A stretch of 64,000 nucleotides of DNA from Anaeromyces robustus (lineage: Eukaryota): assembly GCA_002104895.1 (NCBI GenBank), contig MCFG01000285.1:1-64000 (forward strand), read 5' to 3'. The stretch's first letter is position 1. The number at the start of each line of letters is the position of its first letter. The notes under the pieces are model-generated. The model saw only the letters and a list, made by a program, of their open reading frames with translations. It was not told the origin of the DNA and ran no database searches. Shown here piece by piece: positions 60,405 through 64,000 of the stretch. Both the position numbers and the translations under genes were made by a program.

Positions 60405-61521
60405 TTACTTTTCATATTTTATTATTATTATTATATAATAAAAATATACCTTCTATATTCAATTTCATCTTTATTTGATGAAGTCCGATTATAATTTCTT
60501 TTTAATTATAAAATATATAAAAATTAGTTATTATTATTTATATATATATTTTTTTTATAAGTATATATATATCTTTCTTTAAATATATATATATTACTTT
60601 TTCTTCTTATTTAATATTTCTTTTTCACCAAAATATACCTTTAATAATTTATTAATATATAATATATTAGTAAAAATTTAAAAATGTATGAAAAAAAATA
60701 AAAAATATTCTTTTATTTATATTAAAAGATTTTTATATAATAAATTAATAATAATATATATATTTTGATTCTTACTTTATCAAAATTAAATTCATCTTTT
60801 ATATGATATACAGCAAAATCAAATGGTTGCTTACATAAAGGACAATTTTGAGAAACTTTTGACCACTTATTAATGCATATATAACAAAATGCATCTATAA
60901 TTATTATTATTATAAACATTAAAAAAATAATAAGTTCATGATATTTTTAATATTATTTAAAAAAATGAATAAAAATAAATTATTATTATTATTATTATTA
61001 AATATATATATTATTTTTTCCGTGGAAACTTTTAAAATATATATATATATATTAATAAAATAGTTTTCTTTTTTTTCTTTTTGAAATTTAAATTTTAAAG
61101 ATATTATTAATCCTTTTTTTTTCTTTTCTTTTTATAATAATATAATAATATTATAATGATACTAACGATAACAAGGATTTAACATTGTTTTATTAGAAAA
61201 ATGTTCTAAACATATTGGACATGATACTAAATAATCTTCTTCATCTTCTTTTTCTTTTTCTTTTTCTTTCAATTTTTCTTTTTCATTTTTATTATCAATA
61301 GTATTTTCTTTTGAAGTTATTTTGATTTTTTTATTATTATTTTTATTATTTTGTGAAATTTGTTCCTTTTCATATTTTCTTTTGTTATTTTCTATTCGTT
61401 CTTTTTGTTCCAAATCAATTTTTTCATAATCAAGCGTTGAAATACCTAAATTTTGACCTTCTTCTGAATCATAAGAATCATTTTCAATTTCTGAATTAGA
61501 ATCTTGATAATAATTAGACAT
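59474..61521 (-). CDS. Topors-like C3HC4 RING E3 ubiquitin ligase (~332 aa, 8 exons: 61521-61167, 60894-60776, 60638-60598, 60497-60450, 60283-60213, 60075-59949, 59813-59654, 59551-59474)
   Basis: Spliced RING CPICLEHF...NPCY|HAFCYICINKW...CPLCK; then RREIYDKGLY, RIIPWIERDIKAIL and TNHFIHELKCFINSPFNIKTYD, resembling the Topors post-RING blocks. Phases are consistent; exon 6 has an alternative in-frame acceptor at 60081. Confidence 0.82.
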
Positions 61522-62525
61522 TTAATTATTTTTTTTTATTTTATTAAAATATAAATATAATATATTACTTTATTTATTTATTTATTTATTTATTCTTCCT
61601 TTTTATTTTTTTTTATACATTTATTATATTGATATAAAATATTATATTTATTATTTTTTTTTATATAATTGTAATTTTAAAATTTCATTTGAAATTTTTA
61701 AATTTAAGAATTAAATTTTAAAATTAGGAATGAAATTTTAAAATTTTTAGAAATTTCAATTATTTAATTTTAAATAGTGGAAAAAATAAAAAAAATCAAG
61801 CAGAGGATATATATCTATTATTCGGAAAAGGGTATACCAGAAGAATTTCAAAAATTGATAGATATAATAAAAAAAAAAAAAAAAAAGAAACTTTAATTTA
61901 AATAAGCCAATATAAATAAAAAAAATTAAATATATGGATACATCAATGATGGATATAATATATAATATAAGTATTTAATATATATATATTAAAATAATTG
62001 TAATAAATAATAAAACTCCATAATATTTTAAAGTATTACAAAAAAATTTTATTAATAAATATATAATTGAAAAAAAAAAAAATTTTTTTTTCCAAATAGT
62101 AAAATAACGTATGTTTAAATAATCATAATAATATATAATCATTATTTCTTTTAATAATAATAATAATAGTATTATTATAATTATTTATTTTTTTTTTTTT
62201 ATTTTTATAAAAATAAAAAAAGTATTAGAATATTATCTTTAACAATAATAGTATTAGAAAATTATCTTTTCAAAATACAAAAAAATAGATAATTAAAATG
62301 GAGAAAAATAAAACTTTTATTTAAACCATTTTTTATAGATAGTTTAAATATATAAATATATAAAATATATATATAAAAAATCAAAGAATTCAAAAATAAG
62401 AAAAAGAATTTTCTTTTTATCTTATTTTTTATTTTTTTTTTCTTTTCTTTTATTTATTTATTTATTTATTTATTTATTTGTTTATTTGTTTATTTTATTT
62501 ATTTGCTTATTTTATAATTATGTGC

Positions 62526-62569
<44 letters not shown>

Positions 62570-63250
62570 TTGTATTTTTATATTTTTATTTATTTGCTTA
62601 GTTTATTATATTAATTTACTTATATATTTGACTATATGTGTGTTTTTTTTAAATATAATCAAAATATAGATTAAGTAAAAAAAAATAATAAAATTCTCTT
62701 TTTTTTTTTATATATAATTTAATTGTACATTTTCCTATTTTCATAAAAATAAAAAAAAAAAAATAAAGAAAAAGAAAAAGAAAAAAGAATTATTTTTAAA
62801 TATTTCATTATTTCATTCATTTATTAAGTTTAGTTAGTTATTTTCCTTTTTCTTTATCATTTTTGTTTTCTTAATTATCTTTATGAAAAATCCTTTTTTT
62901 TTCTTAAAAGAAAAAAAAAATTATATATACATATATATATATATATATATGAAGAGTATTGGTATAATTAATAGTATTAATATTAAATTTTAATAATAAT
63001 TAATATTACGTTTGTTATAATATGATTTTTGGTAATATTAATATTGCTATTTTTTTTTTTCCTGTTTAGTTATTTATTTATATTAATTTTATTTATTTTT
63101 TATTTTTATTTTTTTATTTTTTTGATTTTATTTCATTTATTTGGTTTTGTTCTACTTCGTTTTAATTGATTTTTTTTTTGAAATTTGTGATTAATTTTTT
63201 TTATTTGTTTTAATTTAATATTTAATTCATTATATTATTTTTCATTTGAA

Positions 63251-63934
63251 TTAGTATGGTGGTGGTAAATCATCTCCAGTAGGGAATTCATAAGTTGGTA
63301 ATGATTGAGAGTAAGCAGAAGCAAAATTATTTGTTAAGTCAGCAGCATAAGCTAATAAATATAAATATATATATACATATATAAAGATTTATTTAAATTA
63401 TATTATATAGAATATATATCATTAAATATAATAAAAAAAATAATATCATTTAATAAATTGTTTTTAAACATCATTTTTATATATATATATATATATTTAA
63501 TAAAAACAATAACAACAATAATAATAGTAATAAATTAAACATTATAATTACATGTAATAACAGCTTCATCTAAAGCTTCTAATTTAAATATAAATCTATC
63601 AATAGAACCATCAAATTGATTTGTAGCTACTAAACCACTATTAGTCATAGCACCAAGTCTAAAGTAAATTTGATTACCATTAGATGAATTTTCATCATCA
63701 GCTTCATAAGAGTAACATTTTATAATTTCTTTGGTTCTAAAAACACCAGATAAACCATTATTTAAATACATACGAATTTCATTATGTCTTCTAACAATAC
63801 ATACAATGTTAACTTTATCGTACATAACTGATTCAATAGATCTTAAATTTTCTTCAGTTGATAAACTATTATCTTGGTTTGATAAATGGAAAGTTAATTT
63901 ACCATCAGCTTGAAGATCTAAACTGAATTGATAA
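63251..63934 (-). CDS. 3' end of a gene entering from beyond the window: concanavalin A/LamG-like beta-sandwich with C-terminal PY motifs (exons 63934-63552, 63351-63251)
   Basis: YQFSLDLQADGKLTFHL...IVCIVRRHNEIRMYLNN...FRLGA...FDGSIDRFIF fits the LamG_3 pattern. The last exon reads YAADLTNNFASAYSQSLPTYEFPTGDDLPPPY*. Confidence 0.7.
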
Positions 63935-64000
63935 CTATGTTTTTTTTATAAATATAACAATAAAAATTTAATTATTAGATAAAATTTAATTATGATAATA

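Overview
Extremely AT-rich, microsatellite-laden eukaryotic DNA with GT-AG introns. The gene content (CBM1-pectate lyase, multi-CBM18 hevein proteins, Asn-rich low-complexity proteins) is best explained by an anaerobic gut fungus (Neocallimastigomycota); this is inference. From left to right: a tandem + strand array of four related intronless membrane-protein genes sharing a KKK..N(T)[IV]G[IV]E[NE] juxtamembrane motif and an NPYLNGQYIQ-type tail motif (the fourth is split by a 1-nt homopolymer frameshift); a spliced CBM1-PL3 pectate lyase missed by the ORF track; a spliced 60-aa standalone secreted CBM1 microprotein with the same intron position; a secreted 5x CBM18 protein; a secreted, probably GPI-anchored histidine-phosphatase-family protein; a 6-exon Tea4/Bud14-like SH3 polarity protein; a decayed ORF with a 48-bp repeat; a frameshifted secreted protein in which a vWA-like domain appears to interrupt a hevein domain; a 14-exon Spa2/GIT-like scaffold; an intronless CPBP/Abi protease; an 8-exon Topors-like RING E3; and the 3' end of a LamG-like protein ending in PY motifs. 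Several long hairpins lie in non-coding DNA. No rRNA, tRNA, CRISPR array or intact transposon was seen. All exon structures were deduced by hand.
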